The translations under genes and the position numbers were made by a program. The notes under the pieces were generated by a model, which saw only the letters and a list, made by a program, of their open reading frames with translations, made no database searches and was not told the origin of the DNA. 64,000 nucleotides of DNA from Candidatus Uhrbacteria bacterium RIFCSPHIGHO2_02_FULL_46_47 (lineage in GTDB: Bacteria > Patescibacteriota > Patescibacteriia > GWA2-47-26): contig MGDU01000022.1 of NCBI GenBank assembly GCA_001790815.1, forward strand, positions 108 through 64,107, written 5' to 3'. Positions 8,888-18,606 of the stretch are shown here, piece by piece (positions within the stretch are counted from its first letter, which is position 1; each line of letters opens with the position of its first letter).

Positions 8888-9724
8888 ATGCAAAGCCCAC
8901 GCACAGCAGTATTGGCAGGGCTTACCCTTAGCATCGTGCTTAGTTTGGGGCTTAGTGTTTCTGCAGACGAGCTTACCGAGGGCGCCAAGGCGAGCCATGA
9001 TGTGCCGGGGCTTCGTCCCTCGGGTCTTGATCTTGGCTTTACCGCATTCGGGAAAAGAGGAGGATCAACTGAGCTTCAACATCTAGGGCCGTATGCTCGT
9101 TTTTCACTGCGCTTTGAGAACGTTTTCTCCTACACCTCGGTTGGCTATTACGAGGCTTTGCTTGCGTTTCGCCGCCGTGCATTGCTGATTGAACGAGCCG
9201 AGCTTTCCGCGCGCACAGTCTCAGTAGGATAGGGGATCGGCGCTGATCTGGAGCTTGGCCGGGTACGACTGGCGCTGTTTGCCGAGGGTGAGGGAACAGT
9301 TTGGACAAGCGCGGTCGTACTGGAGAAAGTCAAGACTACCAAAGCGCAATACGCACGGCTCGGCGAAGAGTTTCGCAACAAGGTTGACCCTTCCTACCGT
9401 TGGTACTTTGTGCGCACTGGACTGCTTGGAAGCGCGCAGTGGGGTACAGTGGCGCCCTACGCCTCGCTTGGCTATCTCCGGTTTGATGCAAAGTTCGTAG
9501 TTGAGATGGATCCTGATCTTGCAAAAGCCGTACTTGCCATTGGGGTCAAACCTGATGCGGGAAACAAGCACATCGTAAAAGACGTGCCAGCAGGTTTGCT
9601 TGGCGCAGCAGTCAACCTCTCGCGCAAGTGGCTTTTGACCACAAGTGCTGCTTTTGTGCCACTTGATCCTGCTTTTGAAGAGTGGGTTCTTATCTCCAAT
9701 GCCGCCCTTGGTCGGCGGTTCTAG
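8888..9724 (+). pseudogene. Secreted beta-strand-rich (beta-barrel-like) protein interrupted by one in-frame TAG at 9230-9232
   Basis: ORFs 8888-9232 and 9410-9724 share a frame; hand translation of 9233-9409 has no other stop; signal peptide and C-terminal Phe. Confidence 0.65.
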
Positions 9725-9734
9725 CCCTTTTCTT

Positions 9735-9770
9735 CCCGGATCGCTCTGCCCCGCGATCCGGAGCTTTTTT
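9735..9770 (+). terminator. Probable intrinsic terminator
   Basis: CCCGGATCGC...GCGATCCGGAGC followed by a T-run. Confidence 0.55.
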
Positions 9771-9920
9771 ATTAGTTCCTTTTAAAAAACGATAAGGTAT
9801 ACAGGGCGAGTGCGGCGAGCTCCGGCAACCAGACACTCAGCTTTGCTACTCCTAGTTTTGAAGCGAAGGGGACTATCATACTTTCAAATAGTATCTGGAT
9901 ACTCTTAAAAAGTAAAGTAA

Positions 9921-10301
9921 ATGTGCAGTACACATGGACTTTTGTTAAGTGGGTCGGTGCGCTTGTGGGCATCAGACAATGAATTACTTGAGGATGGGAT
10001 TGATGGGGATGGGGATGGGGATGGCGTTGCAGATGCCGACGAAATAGTAAATTTTGTACAGTTTGAGGGGGATCAGTTTGTAACGATTGTAGCCGGTACC
10101 ATAAAAACATTTATTCTCAAAGCAGATACTACCGGCGTTTCAAGTTCAATGGATGATACAGTGCGATTTGATGTAATGGATGAGACAGCCGCAGTTGATG
10201 GTAATGAATTTCAGTGGGATGCACCGACTGTCGGTATAGTTGACCGGTCAGGTACCGGGGTGCCATATCTTCCGGTTATTGGTGGCACGCTTGTGTATTA
10301 G
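9921..10301 (+). pseudogene. C-terminal remnant of an acidic surface/secreted protein
   Basis: DGDGDGDGVAD repeat and beta-rich tail ending LPVIGGTLVY; no convincing start or signal peptide. Confidence 0.4.
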
Positions 10302-10381
10302 TGTTGACCTGATGTGAGATTGAATAAAGGACAGTCCCGCTTCTGCGGGACTGTCCTTTTGTGATATAAAATTACACTGAC

Positions 10382-10429
10382 TTGACAAAAAATGGCATTA
10401 GGATATCCTGTACATATATGTACAGGATA
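10382..10429 (+). promoter_or_regulatory. Promoter with a 26-bp perfect palindromic operator overlapping the abiEi start
   Basis: TTGACA at 10382; TATCCTGTACATA-TATGTACAGGATA at 10404-10429 covers the ATG at 10418. Confidence 0.7.
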
Positions 10430-11035
10430 AAGAAGCACAAAATCTTCCATATTTCCCTTCCGCCTTTGGATCGTATTGCCGCGCTTGCGCGGCTTGGGCA
10501 AGAGGTGTTCCACGCGAGCGATCTTGCCAATCTTTGGCAGATACGGGATCCCAATACTCTTTACACCACTCTTAAGCGATATACTCAAAAAGGGCTTATT
10601 TTTCGGATCCATAAAGGTATGTATTCGATTAGGCCGCTTGATGAGATTGATCCTCTTTTGCTTGGGGTCAAAGCACTTCACCGCTTTGCATATGTAAGTA
10701 CGGAGACCATGCTTGCGCAGTACGGGGTGATTCAACAAAAAATTACCGCGATTACATTAGTATCAGACATTTCTAAGCGATTTTCAATTGGATCGCATCA
10801 TTACGTATGTCGAAAACTCAAAGATCGTTACCTTTATAATACTGCGGGGACTGTCACACAGAACAGCGTAAGGCGCGCTACTCTTGCGCGGGCAGTTGCT
10901 GATATGTTGTATTTTAATTTGCGGGCTTATTTTGACAACTTGAACCATATTGATTGGGATGCAGTGCGCGTGCTTCAAAAAAAAATAGGATATCCTTTAA
11001 CTCCGTCTCGCTATGTTTCTTCCAAAACAAAGTGA
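10418..11035 (+). CDS. Type IV TA antitoxin, AbiEi-like
   Basis: N-terminal wHTH, RIHKGMY, AYVSTETML, RATLARAVADMLY; overlaps the toxin gene. Confidence 0.8.
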   Translation: MYRIKKHKIFHISLPPLDRIAALARLGQEVFHASDLANLWQIRDPNTLYTTLKRYTQKGLIFRIHKGMYSIRPLDEIDPLLLGVKALHRFAYVSTETMLAQYGVIQQKITAITLVSDISKRFSIGSHHYVCRKLKDRYLYNTAGTVTQNSVRRATLARAVADMLYFNLRAYFDNLNHIDWDAVRVLQKKIGYPLTPSRYVSSKTK

Positions 11036-11768
11036 TGCCATACATAAGGCCTGGCTCTATCGTCTCCTTTCCGCAATTTACAACTCTCCCGAGCTTGCCA
11101 CAGTTTTGTATTTCAAAGGCGGAACTTGCGCCGCCATGCTGGGATGGCTTGATCGTTTTTCTATTGATTTAGATTTTGATTACGCCGGGGGAAAAAATGA
11201 GATAGTTAAAGTCCGAAGCATGCTTGAGCAGATATTTGCCGATCTTAATCTGGAGATTAAAGATTCGAGCCGTAAAACATTGCAATATTTTTTGCGCTAT
11301 CCTGTTGCACAAAAAGATATGCGCAATACAATTAAAATTGATACCACTTTTCCTTTACTAAAATCAAATCAATATGCCCCGCAACAGTTGGCCGATATTG
11401 ATCGTACTATTATATGCCAGACGAAAGAAACGATGTTTGCTAACAAACTCGTCGCTTTGATTGAGCGCTATGAGCTGCGCGAGGCAATTGCTAGCCGCGA
11501 TCTTTATGATGTCCATCATTTTTTTATGCAGGGGTTTCGGTATCACGCGCCGGTAATTTACGAACGGCGTAAAACAAAAAACCTGGCCGCATTTTTCAAA
11601 ATGCTTATTCAATTTGTGGATAAGCATATTACGCAGCGAATTATTGATCAGGATCTCAATGTACTTTTATCGCCTGACCATTTTCGCCGCGCGCGCCGGC
11701 ATCTTAAGCGCGAGACACTAATGTTTTTACGTGATGAATTGCAGCGTATTGAAGGGAAGAATAAGTGA
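11013..11768 (+). CDS. Type IV TA toxin, AbiEii-family nucleotidyltransferase
   Basis: FKGGTC...RFSIDLDF, ANKLVAL, RDLYD motifs. Confidence 0.9.
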   Translation: MFLPKQSDAIHKAWLYRLLSAIYNSPELATVLYFKGGTCAAMLGWLDRFSIDLDFDYAGGKNEIVKVRSMLEQIFADLNLEIKDSSRKTLQYFLRYPVAQKDMRNTIKIDTTFPLLKSNQYAPQQLADIDRTIICQTKETMFANKLVALIERYELREAIASRDLYDVHHFFMQGFRYHAPVIYERRKTKNLAAFFKMLIQFVDKHITQRIIDQDLNVLLSPDHFRRARRHLKRETLMFLRDELQRIEGKNK

Positions 11769-11809
11769 ACATTTTAAAATCTGCATTGCTGTGATATCAT
11801 GTACTCGAT

Positions 11810-12364
11810 ATGATCGCGTATCTCAAAGGACAAGTGAGAATGCGGGGGAAGGATAGCGTTGTTGTTGTAATTGATAATGTTGGATATGAAGTATTTTTGC
11901 CTGCGCTGGCTTTGGAAAAGGCAAAAGTAGGGGAGGAGCGGGAGTTTTTTACGCATGAATATTTGCGGGAAAATGCGCGGGAGCTGTATGGATTTCCAAC
12001 TAAAGAAGAATTGGGGTTGTTTCGGGATTTGATGAAAGTATCCGGGGTGGGGCCAAAAATGGCATTGAATGTTTTGTCGCTTGGCGCTTCTCGCGTGCGT
12101 GAGGCGATTACCAAAGGTGATGCCGGAATTTTAGGATCAGTTTCCGGAGTTGGCAAAAAAACCGCGCAGAAAATCGTGCTGGAGCTCAAGGGGACTATTG
12201 AGATGGGAGACATCAGTTCGCAGTTCACAGAAGAAGCACTTGACGCATTGCGTCGCTTGGGCTACAGTCAGCGTGAAGCCAGCGAGGCGCTGAGCAATGT
12301 GCAAGATGCGGAAACCACGGAAGAAAAAATCAAAGCCGCTTTGAAGATTCTTGGCAAACGATAA
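11810..12364 (+). CDS. ruvA: Holliday junction branch migration protein RuvA
   Basis: MIAYLKG, NVGYEV, LYGF, VSGVGPKMAL, GVGKKTAQKIVLELK, ALRRLGY. Confidence 0.96.
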   Translation: MIAYLKGQVRMRGKDSVVVVIDNVGYEVFLPALALEKAKVGEEREFFTHEYLRENARELYGFPTKEELGLFRDLMKVSGVGPKMALNVLSLGASRVREAITKGDAGILGSVSGVGKKTAQKIVLELKGTIEMGDISSQFTEEALDALRRLGYSQREASEALSNVQDAETTEEKIKAALKILGKR

Positions 12365-12403
12365 TTTGACATTTGTGAAGAGGTAATGGTAAGATATAAT
12401 AAT

Positions 12404-12676
12404 ATGGATACGGCAATTAATTTTACCACTGAAATATGGAGGGATGGCGGGCATTTTGTGGCTTGGACGCCGGAGTTGGATGTTTCAAGCATGGGGAATA
12501 CTATTGATGAGGCGCGTAAAAATTTGCGCGAAGCAATGGGGCTTTTTGTGGATGAAGCTGAACACATGGGAACGCTCCGCGATATTCTGGAGGAGTCCGG
12601 CTATGTGCGGAGTGTGGAGGGATGGCGCGCTCCGGAGATACTTGCGATTGAGAAAATGAGTGTTGCGGTTTCATAA
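12404..12676 (+). CDS. HicB-like antitoxin
   Basis: FVAWTPELDVSSMGNTIDEARKNLREA. Confidence 0.85.
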   Translation: MDTAINFTTEIWRDGGHFVAWTPELDVSSMGNTIDEARKNLREAMGLFVDEAEHMGTLRDILEESGYVRSVEGWRAPEILAIEKMSVAVS

Positions 12677-12688
12677 CCTGCAAGCTGT

Positions 12689-12919
12689 GTGCCAAAGATT
12701 GTTGCACTGCATTATAGAAAACTTGTGCGCGTTTTTGAGCAGGATGGATTTACCGTAGCGCGCCAAGAAGGAAGTCATATTGTGCTTACCAAACAGGGGA
12801 TCTTAAGGCCGGTGGTAATCCCGACCTATGATGAGATCCCTGTTTTCATTATTAAAAACTGTTTACGGACTGCAAGGATGAGCAGGGATAGATATTTTGA
12901 ACTGTTAGAAAACATGTGA
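12689..12919 (+). CDS. HicA-family toxin
   Basis: GFTVARQEGSHIVL...VVIP. Confidence 0.88.
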   Translation: MPKIVALHYRKLVRVFEQDGFTVARQEGSHIVLTKQGILRPVVIPTYDEIPVFIIKNCLRTARMSRDRYFELLENM

Positions 12920-12929
12920 TTATAATTAT

Positions 12930-14027
12930 ATGATGGTTGAAATTAATGATCAAAAAGTTTGGAACGAATGGTTGCTTTCCCAACGAATGCAAACCGGGAT
13001 TTTTTTGCAAAGTTGGGAGTGGGGGGAATTTCAAAAAACAGTCGGGCACAAGGTGCATCGCTATCTAAATCAAGATAAAGATACGATTGCACGATTGCGC
13101 AATCGTGAAATAGCGCAAGTTATTGAATTGCCATTGCCGCTTGGAAAAAAGTATTGGTTTATCCCCCGCGGGGAAGCTTTGCCTGGCCTTGTGGGAGAAG
13201 CACAAAAGCATGGAGTATGGTTTATCCGCTTTGAACCTATTACGAGTGATGGGTTACGAGTTAAGAGTTATGTGAAAACACGGGATATAAGTCCGCCGCA
13301 AACACTCATTATTGATTTGGGTAAAAGTGAAGAGGAGTTGCTTGCGCAAATGCACGAGAAAACGCGATACAATGTGCGACTTGCGATTAGGAAAGGTGTG
13401 GAAGTGCGTTTTTCCGCCAAAGGCGGATCCGCCTCGGGCGGAGAAGAATTTTGGAAACTAATGCAGGAGACGGCAAAGCGTGATAAGTTTAGCACGCATC
13501 CGCGGGAGTATTATGAAAAAATGCTAGAGGTGCTTAGCAATTACCCCTCACCTCAATCCTCTCCCACACGGGGAGAGGAAGAGAAAGACAATCCCTCTCC
13601 CTTAGGGAGAGGGGAAAAAACAAACACCCCTCTTAAGGTAAGAGGGGATGGGGGAGTTATGCATGTTCGTCTCCATATGGCCTATCAGGGCATTACTCCG
13701 GTTGCCGGAGCAATCGTGGGTTATTTTGGCGACACCGCAACCTATCTTCACGGCGCTTCCTCATACGAGCATCGCGCGGCAATGGGACCCTATGCTTTGC
13801 ACTTCCAAATCATGAAAGAGGCGAAAAAAGAAGGGTACAAATTTTATGATTTTTGGGGAGTCAATACTACATACTACAAACTACATACTACGAACTCATG
13901 GGCGGGCATGACGCGATTTAAAACGGGATTTGGTGGACAAGTTGTAGATTATCCCGGCACCTTTGACTTGCCACTTAACAAATTTTGGTATACAGTGTAT
14001 CGGCTTGGAAGAAGAATGCTCCCATAG
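12930..14027 (+). CDS. FemAB/FemX-family peptidoglycan bridge peptidyltransferase, with several in-frame repeat insertions
   Basis: FLQSWEWGEF, KTRYNVRLA, YLHGASS, YDFWG, RFKTGFGG. Confidence 0.9.
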   Translation: MMVEINDQKVWNEWLLSQRMQTGIFLQSWEWGEFQKTVGHKVHRYLNQDKDTIARLRNREIAQVIELPLPLGKKYWFIPRGEALPGLVGEAQKHGVWFIRFEPITSDGLRVKSYVKTRDISPPQTLIIDLGKSEEELLAQMHEKTRYNVRLAIRKGVEVRFSAKGGSASGGEEFWKLMQETAKRDKFSTHPREYYEKMLEVLSNYPSPQSSPTRGEEEKDNPSPLGRGEKTNTPLKVRGDGGVMHVRLHMAYQGITPVAGAIVGYFGDTATYLHGASSYEHRAAMGPYALHFQIMKEAKKEGYKFYDFWGVNTTYYKLHTTNSWAGMTRFKTGFGGQVVDYPGTFDLPLNKFWYTVYRLGRRMLP

Positions 14028-14045
14028 TTTCGTCGTTCTTTTCTT

Positions 14046-14117
14046 GCCCCTATAGTTCAACGGACAGAATGCAGGCCTCCGAAGCCTGATATCCACGTTC
14101 GATTCGTGGTGGGGGCA
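14046..14117 (+). tRNA. tRNA-Arg(CCG)
   Basis: Acceptor GCCCCTA/TGGGGGC; anticodon arm CAGGC-CTCCGAA-GCCTG; T-loop GTTCGATTC. Confidence 0.92.
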
Positions 14118-14207
14118 GAGAAAGAGCTGAGAGGGTTCGCCGTGCACCACGTAGGGTGCATGGCGCCGTGAACATTGCATGGTTCACTGGCGATTCCTAC
14201 TGGGAGC

Positions 14208-14240
14208 AAAAAAGACCCCGCAATATGCGGGGTCTTTTTG
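14208..14240. terminator. Bidirectional terminator
   Basis: AAAAAAGACCCCGCA-ATA-TGCGGGGTCTTTTT between convergent units. Confidence 0.8.
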
Positions 14241-14268
14241 GTACGCCGGCTAAAGACCGGCGGCTACA

Positions 14269-16734
14269 TTATTTCTTCTCTTCTAGCTTCTTTTTTAATT
14301 CTTCCAAGCGGTCTTTGGCCTGTTGATTGTCCGGATTGAGTTCCACAACTTTTTGAATTTGTTCAATTGCTTTTTCAATATCACCTTGCTCCTCGTATAT
14401 TTGTGCCAAAAACCAGCGCGCGTTGGAGAAGTTTTCAGCAAGACGTACTGCTTCCTCAAGTTCTACTTGTGCAGCATCCTTGCGCTGATTTTGCAAAAGG
14501 TACAGGCCGATTTCATAACGAAGCGCGGAGTCATTTTGGGCAACTGCTTGAGCGCGGCGATAGGCTTGAATCGCTCCTTCTACGTCTTGTTTTTGCGCTA
14601 AAAGACGCGCGAGTTCAAGATGAGCAAAGACGTAGTTGGGGCGAATGTTTGCAGCTTTGCGCAATAGTTCCTCCGCAGACTGAGTGAGCAGTTTGGTCTC
14701 TTCCTCTTTAGCGCCAGATGTGGCAAGCGCTTTTGCTACGCCAAGATTTACAAGTAAGGAAGGGTCTGATGGCGAAAGTTCTAAGGCCCTGCTAAATGCG
14801 TCAACCGCAGCCAGCGCCGCGCCGCCTGTGATTGGACTAATATCAAGATAGACTGAGCCAAGCATTATCCAGTTGGTAGAGTTTTGGGGAGCAAGTTCTG
14901 TTGCGCGTCTTGCGGAAGCGAGTATTTTGTCAGTAATATCGCGAAGCTCTTGGAGAGCGGTTTGTGTTTCTTTATCTGACGGCGCTTCGGCAAGTTTTTG
15001 GCGCAACAGTCCCCGGCGTGTTTCTGTCAGTAGCCGCAAATAGGAATCGTTCCATGGATCAAGGCGCGTAGCTTTTGTCAGGTATGATTCAGTAGTACTG
15101 AGATTTGAGATGCCAATGGTAGCGCCTTTGAGAACTGTCGCTTCTGCGAATGCGCGGCGCCCTTGAAGTGTGAAAAGCCCAAGCACAAGCAGTATGATAA
15201 GTGATCCCACAGTTGGGCGTGCCAGTCCGACTAAATTTAATTTTAGAGGACGTAAATTTAGATGAGCAAGCATGAGTCCCAGAAGCGTGTCAAAGAAAAA
15301 TTTGGCTGCAAGCGGCATGGGCACAAGCCAGGCGCCGACAAACAGCGCGACTCCGGCTGCAAAAAGAGCGGTTTCCTCGGTAGTGGATTCTTTGCGCCAC
15401 TTCTGCCAGCCGTAGGATACCAGCACGGAGAGAACCGTGAGAATGAGGAGTCCGGTTCCTATAAAACCCAAAGTAGCAAGCCAAGTTAGACCCGTGGATG
15501 AGCCCCAATCGAATGAAATATTCCAAAATGGAGTTTGTAAAATAGGAAGCGAGCGGAAGCGCAAGTAATCCGCGCTAAAGGTGGCAGGACCTGAACCCAA
15601 AAGCGGATGCGCGCCCAGAGTTTGCAGAGCAATAGACCAGGTTTCGCGGTGCGACGGGCCAACCTCTAGCGGTGTTTTCAAAAAGTTCAAAAACGGCCGT
15701 ACAGCAAGCACAATAGAAAGCAGTGTGCCAAGCGTAATAAGAAGGATCGCAGTGGGCGGCGTGCGTTTCTCACTTTTTTTCAGTTGGCGCAGGGCAAGCA
15801 GGCCTAGACCAACCGCCACTATAATGAGCGGCGCGCGAAAACCGGTTCCGACAATAAGCAATGCCGGAGGGACAAGTGCGATAAGAGTACTAGCGATTGC
15901 CCGGCGTGAGGAAGCATTTAAGAGACGTCCGACTCCCAGCACAATTGTAGCGGCCGCAATCATGGTTGCGGTTGTGGTGGTGCCCGCAGGATTGAAACCT
16001 TGAGAGGGAATAAAACGGTATATGTTCAATCCTAAAAGAGAGATGATAGTGATAAGGGAGAGTACGCTTCCAGAAGCGATAAGTGCAAGATAGGGTAGTT
16101 TTGAATTTTCCCGTCCTCCGTGATAGGTAAGGAGAATCCAAAGCCCAAGGAGCAGTAAACTGAATACAGCGATTGATTCAGTGCCGCCATATCCAAATAA
16201 TCCTTGATGTCGCAGTCCTGATTGCCAAGCACTGATTGTTGCGAACACAATAGTTGCAATGCCGAGAGGTACGAAAAGATGACGCGGGATAAAGTCAATG
16301 AATTTTCTTTTTAAGGCATTTTTGAGAACGAGTATCACTGCGATGCCTACTGCAAGCGATAGAAAGAGTTGTTTTGAAAATTCAGCGGTAAGACTCCATG
16401 GCGTCGCGATAAATGGAAAAAAGAAAATAGCAATTGCCGCGGCAATGCATTGCCAAGGCAGGCGTGAAGTCGCAGATTTTTCCGACACCGGCGACACAGC
16501 TACTTGTGTCATCTGCGGAGGGGAGATTTGTGGTTTTTCCTTGAGCTCATGATACCAGGGTTCTCTGATCGGCGGGGCTGGTATTTTCCGTATGGTTCTT
16601 ACAGATCTTCGGACCGGCGCTTTTGTAGTCCGCGCGCCAGTCTCGCTACGCGATACGGCGCGGGACTTTGTCTCGCGCACAGGTGCGCTCGACTCCGCCT
16701 TTTTAGTTGTTGTTTTTGTTTTCGCTGTAGGCAT
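14269..16734 (-). CDS. Multi-pass membrane protein, O-antigen-ligase-like, with C-terminal TPRs
   Basis: About 12 hydrophobic segments, HPLLGSGPATF, TPR-like C-terminus. Confidence 0.75.
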   Translation of the reverse strand: MPTAKTKTTTKKAESSAPVRETKSRAVSRSETGARTTKAPVRRSVRTIRKIPAPPIREPWYHELKEKPQISPPQMTQVAVSPVSEKSATSRLPWQCIAAAIAIFFFPFIATPWSLTAEFSKQLFLSLAVGIAVILVLKNALKRKFIDFIPRHLFVPLGIATIVFATISAWQSGLRHQGLFGYGGTESIAVFSLLLLGLWILLTYHGGRENSKLPYLALIASGSVLSLITIISLLGLNIYRFIPSQGFNPAGTTTTATMIAAATIVLGVGRLLNASSRRAIASTLIALVPPALLIVGTGFRAPLIIVAVGLGLLALRQLKKSEKRTPPTAILLITLGTLLSIVLAVRPFLNFLKTPLEVGPSHRETWSIALQTLGAHPLLGSGPATFSADYLRFRSLPILQTPFWNISFDWGSSTGLTWLATLGFIGTGLLILTVLSVLVSYGWQKWRKESTTEETALFAAGVALFVGAWLVPMPLAAKFFFDTLLGLMLAHLNLRPLKLNLVGLARPTVGSLIILLVLGLFTLQGRRAFAEATVLKGATIGISNLSTTESYLTKATRLDPWNDSYLRLLTETRRGLLRQKLAEAPSDKETQTALQELRDITDKILASARRATELAPQNSTNWIMLGSVYLDISPITGGAALAAVDAFSRALELSPSDPSLLVNLGVAKALATSGAKEEETKLLTQSAEELLRKAANIRPNYVFAHLELARLLAQKQDVEGAIQAYRRAQAVAQNDSALRYEIGLYLLQNQRKDAAQVELEEAVRLAENFSNARWFLAQIYEEQGDIEKAIEQIQKVVELNPDNQQAKDRLEELKKKLEEKK

Positions 16735-16820
16735 ATTAAAATAGAGAATTATGAATTATGAATTATGAATCATGAAAAATCAACATCCATAATTCCTAAT
16801 TCATACTTCCTGATTCTGAA

Positions 16821-18602
16821 TCATTGTACCACACCTTTTCCGCGCCCGAAAGGGTCAGCTTCAAGGGAGGAGGAAAGTGATGGCGCATCAGTGGAAAAAA
16901 CCGTTTGCATAATAGTATCTGTCGCTTGCGCGCGAGAAACCCCAAGGAGCAAGAGTAATTTTCCACGATCATCCTCCTTTGGTTTGGCGATCACTGAAAA
17001 CTCAGCAGAAAGCTCAGGAGTCGTGATTGGCATGCGCGGCACATCCCATCTGACTTCGCGCGCACTTTCATTGAAAGACAATTTTCCTTCCTGTGCTAGT
17101 TGCGCGCCTGACCATTTTACTCCTTCCGGAAGATTGGCAATTACAGCAATCTCAGAAAGATCATGAAAAGTATTTTTGATTTTGAATCTTACTGTAAATT
17201 TTGTCTCTTGTCCGACTTTTGGCGGAAGCGGTCCAGACCCTTGCGGCGTACCGGTTGCACTAAAGTAACGCGCCTCGGAGGCAAGCGTAAGATCAGAAAC
17301 TATCGTAAGTTTGAACTTAGGGGTGCGGATGGATCCATCTTTGTAAAGTGCCTGTGCTTCAAGCTCAATAAATGGCGACGCATGAAGCGGCGCACTTTTC
17401 ATCAGCGGAAGTGTTGCCGAAAGTTCAGTGCTCTGTCCCGGATTGAGTGTGATTTCGTCTACCGCAGGAAATGTAATCGTACTTCCGGCAATGATTCCTT
17501 CGTGGGCGTTTGCATTTTTCCAATCAATAAGATCGCTTGTAACAGGAATCGTGAGATGAAGTCCTGAAATTGGCTCGCTTGCGCGATTTTGAAGTTTTAA
17601 AGCGAGGCGAAAAGTATCGCCAAGACGCAGCCATTTTATTTCCGGATTGTTATTAATAAAAAGATCAAGCTGAAGATCTGATCCTTTAACCTCGATCGTT
17701 TGCTGTTCTTTCCCTAAAGGATATAAACGTGCTGTTCCTTCTGTTTTTGAAACCTCAATAACTAGGTCTTGCGCTCCTTGAGCACTGCTCAAAAAGGTTC
17801 CCTTAAATTTTATTTCCTTCTTTTCTCCGGGCAATAGCGTTTGAAGCGCCCAGACTCCTTTGTCGACTTTTGGATCTGTGTCATCAAGAATAAATGTGGA
17901 AGGAGGAGTAAGTGTTGCTTGCACATTATCAAAAGTTTCGTCAGTTTCATTTTTAATTTCTCCCCGTATCTCCAGTTCTTCTCCGGGCACTGTTGAAGCT
18001 GGACCGCTAAGTAAGATATGCACTCCATGAGCCCGAATGGTAAAGGTGTGAGTTTTTGAGGTTTTAAATTCAGCATTAAAGTCCGCTGGCTTATAGGAGA
18101 ATATGGATTGTAGTTCAAGCGTGTCATCTACAAATCCGTAAGGAATGAGCCTAAGGCGTAACTCACCGCTTGAGCGGGCAGGAATTGTTCCAAAATTCCA
18201 CTCCAGACGACCATTTTCAGGTTTGGGAGACGCTTCTTTGAGAAGTATGTTATCAGGAAGGCGCAGACGCAGCGCTCCGAAGGCGAGCGGTTTTCGATCG
18301 GAATTTTTATAGGTGATGATGACCTCTTGTGGAACGCCGGAAACCACCTCTTGGGGTCCATCCAAGCTCAAGGTTATTTCTCCGCCACCTTTACCTTGCG
18401 TGCCAAAGAAAAAAAATCCGAGCCAGGACGCGGTGATTACTGTTGCAAGAAACAAAATAATGCCGAAAAGCAAGCGCGTGGTTCGCCGATGGTATTCATG
18501 CTCAAGATGGCTCATATCCGGTAGTTTGCCTTTCTTGTCTTGATAGATGAAGCGCAACTCTTGATCAAGAGCTCGCCCTTTATAGAAATGGTGTTTTCGC
18601 AT
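16821..18602 (-). CDS. Membrane-anchored protein with multiple Ig-like/DUF11-like domains
   Basis: One N-terminal TM segment followed by repeated beta-sandwich motifs (ITYKN, WNFGTI, LKLQN, FKIKN). Confidence 0.65.
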   Translation of the reverse strand: MRKHHFYKGRALDQELRFIYQDKKGKLPDMSHLEHEYHRRTTRLLFGIILFLATVITASWLGFFFFGTQGKGGGEITLSLDGPQEVVSGVPQEVIITYKNSDRKPLAFGALRLRLPDNILLKEASPKPENGRLEWNFGTIPARSSGELRLRLIPYGFVDDTLELQSIFSYKPADFNAEFKTSKTHTFTIRAHGVHILLSGPASTVPGEELEIRGEIKNETDETFDNVQATLTPPSTFILDDTDPKVDKGVWALQTLLPGEKKEIKFKGTFLSSAQGAQDLVIEVSKTEGTARLYPLGKEQQTIEVKGSDLQLDLFINNNPEIKWLRLGDTFRLALKLQNRASEPISGLHLTIPVTSDLIDWKNANAHEGIIAGSTITFPAVDEITLNPGQSTELSATLPLMKSAPLHASPFIELEAQALYKDGSIRTPKFKLTIVSDLTLASEARYFSATGTPQGSGPLPPKVGQETKFTVRFKIKNTFHDLSEIAVIANLPEGVKWSGAQLAQEGKLSFNESAREVRWDVPRMPITTPELSAEFSVIAKPKEDDRGKLLLLLGVSRAQATDTIMQTVFSTDAPSLSSSLEADPFGRGKGVVQ

Positions 18603-18606
18603 ACGA

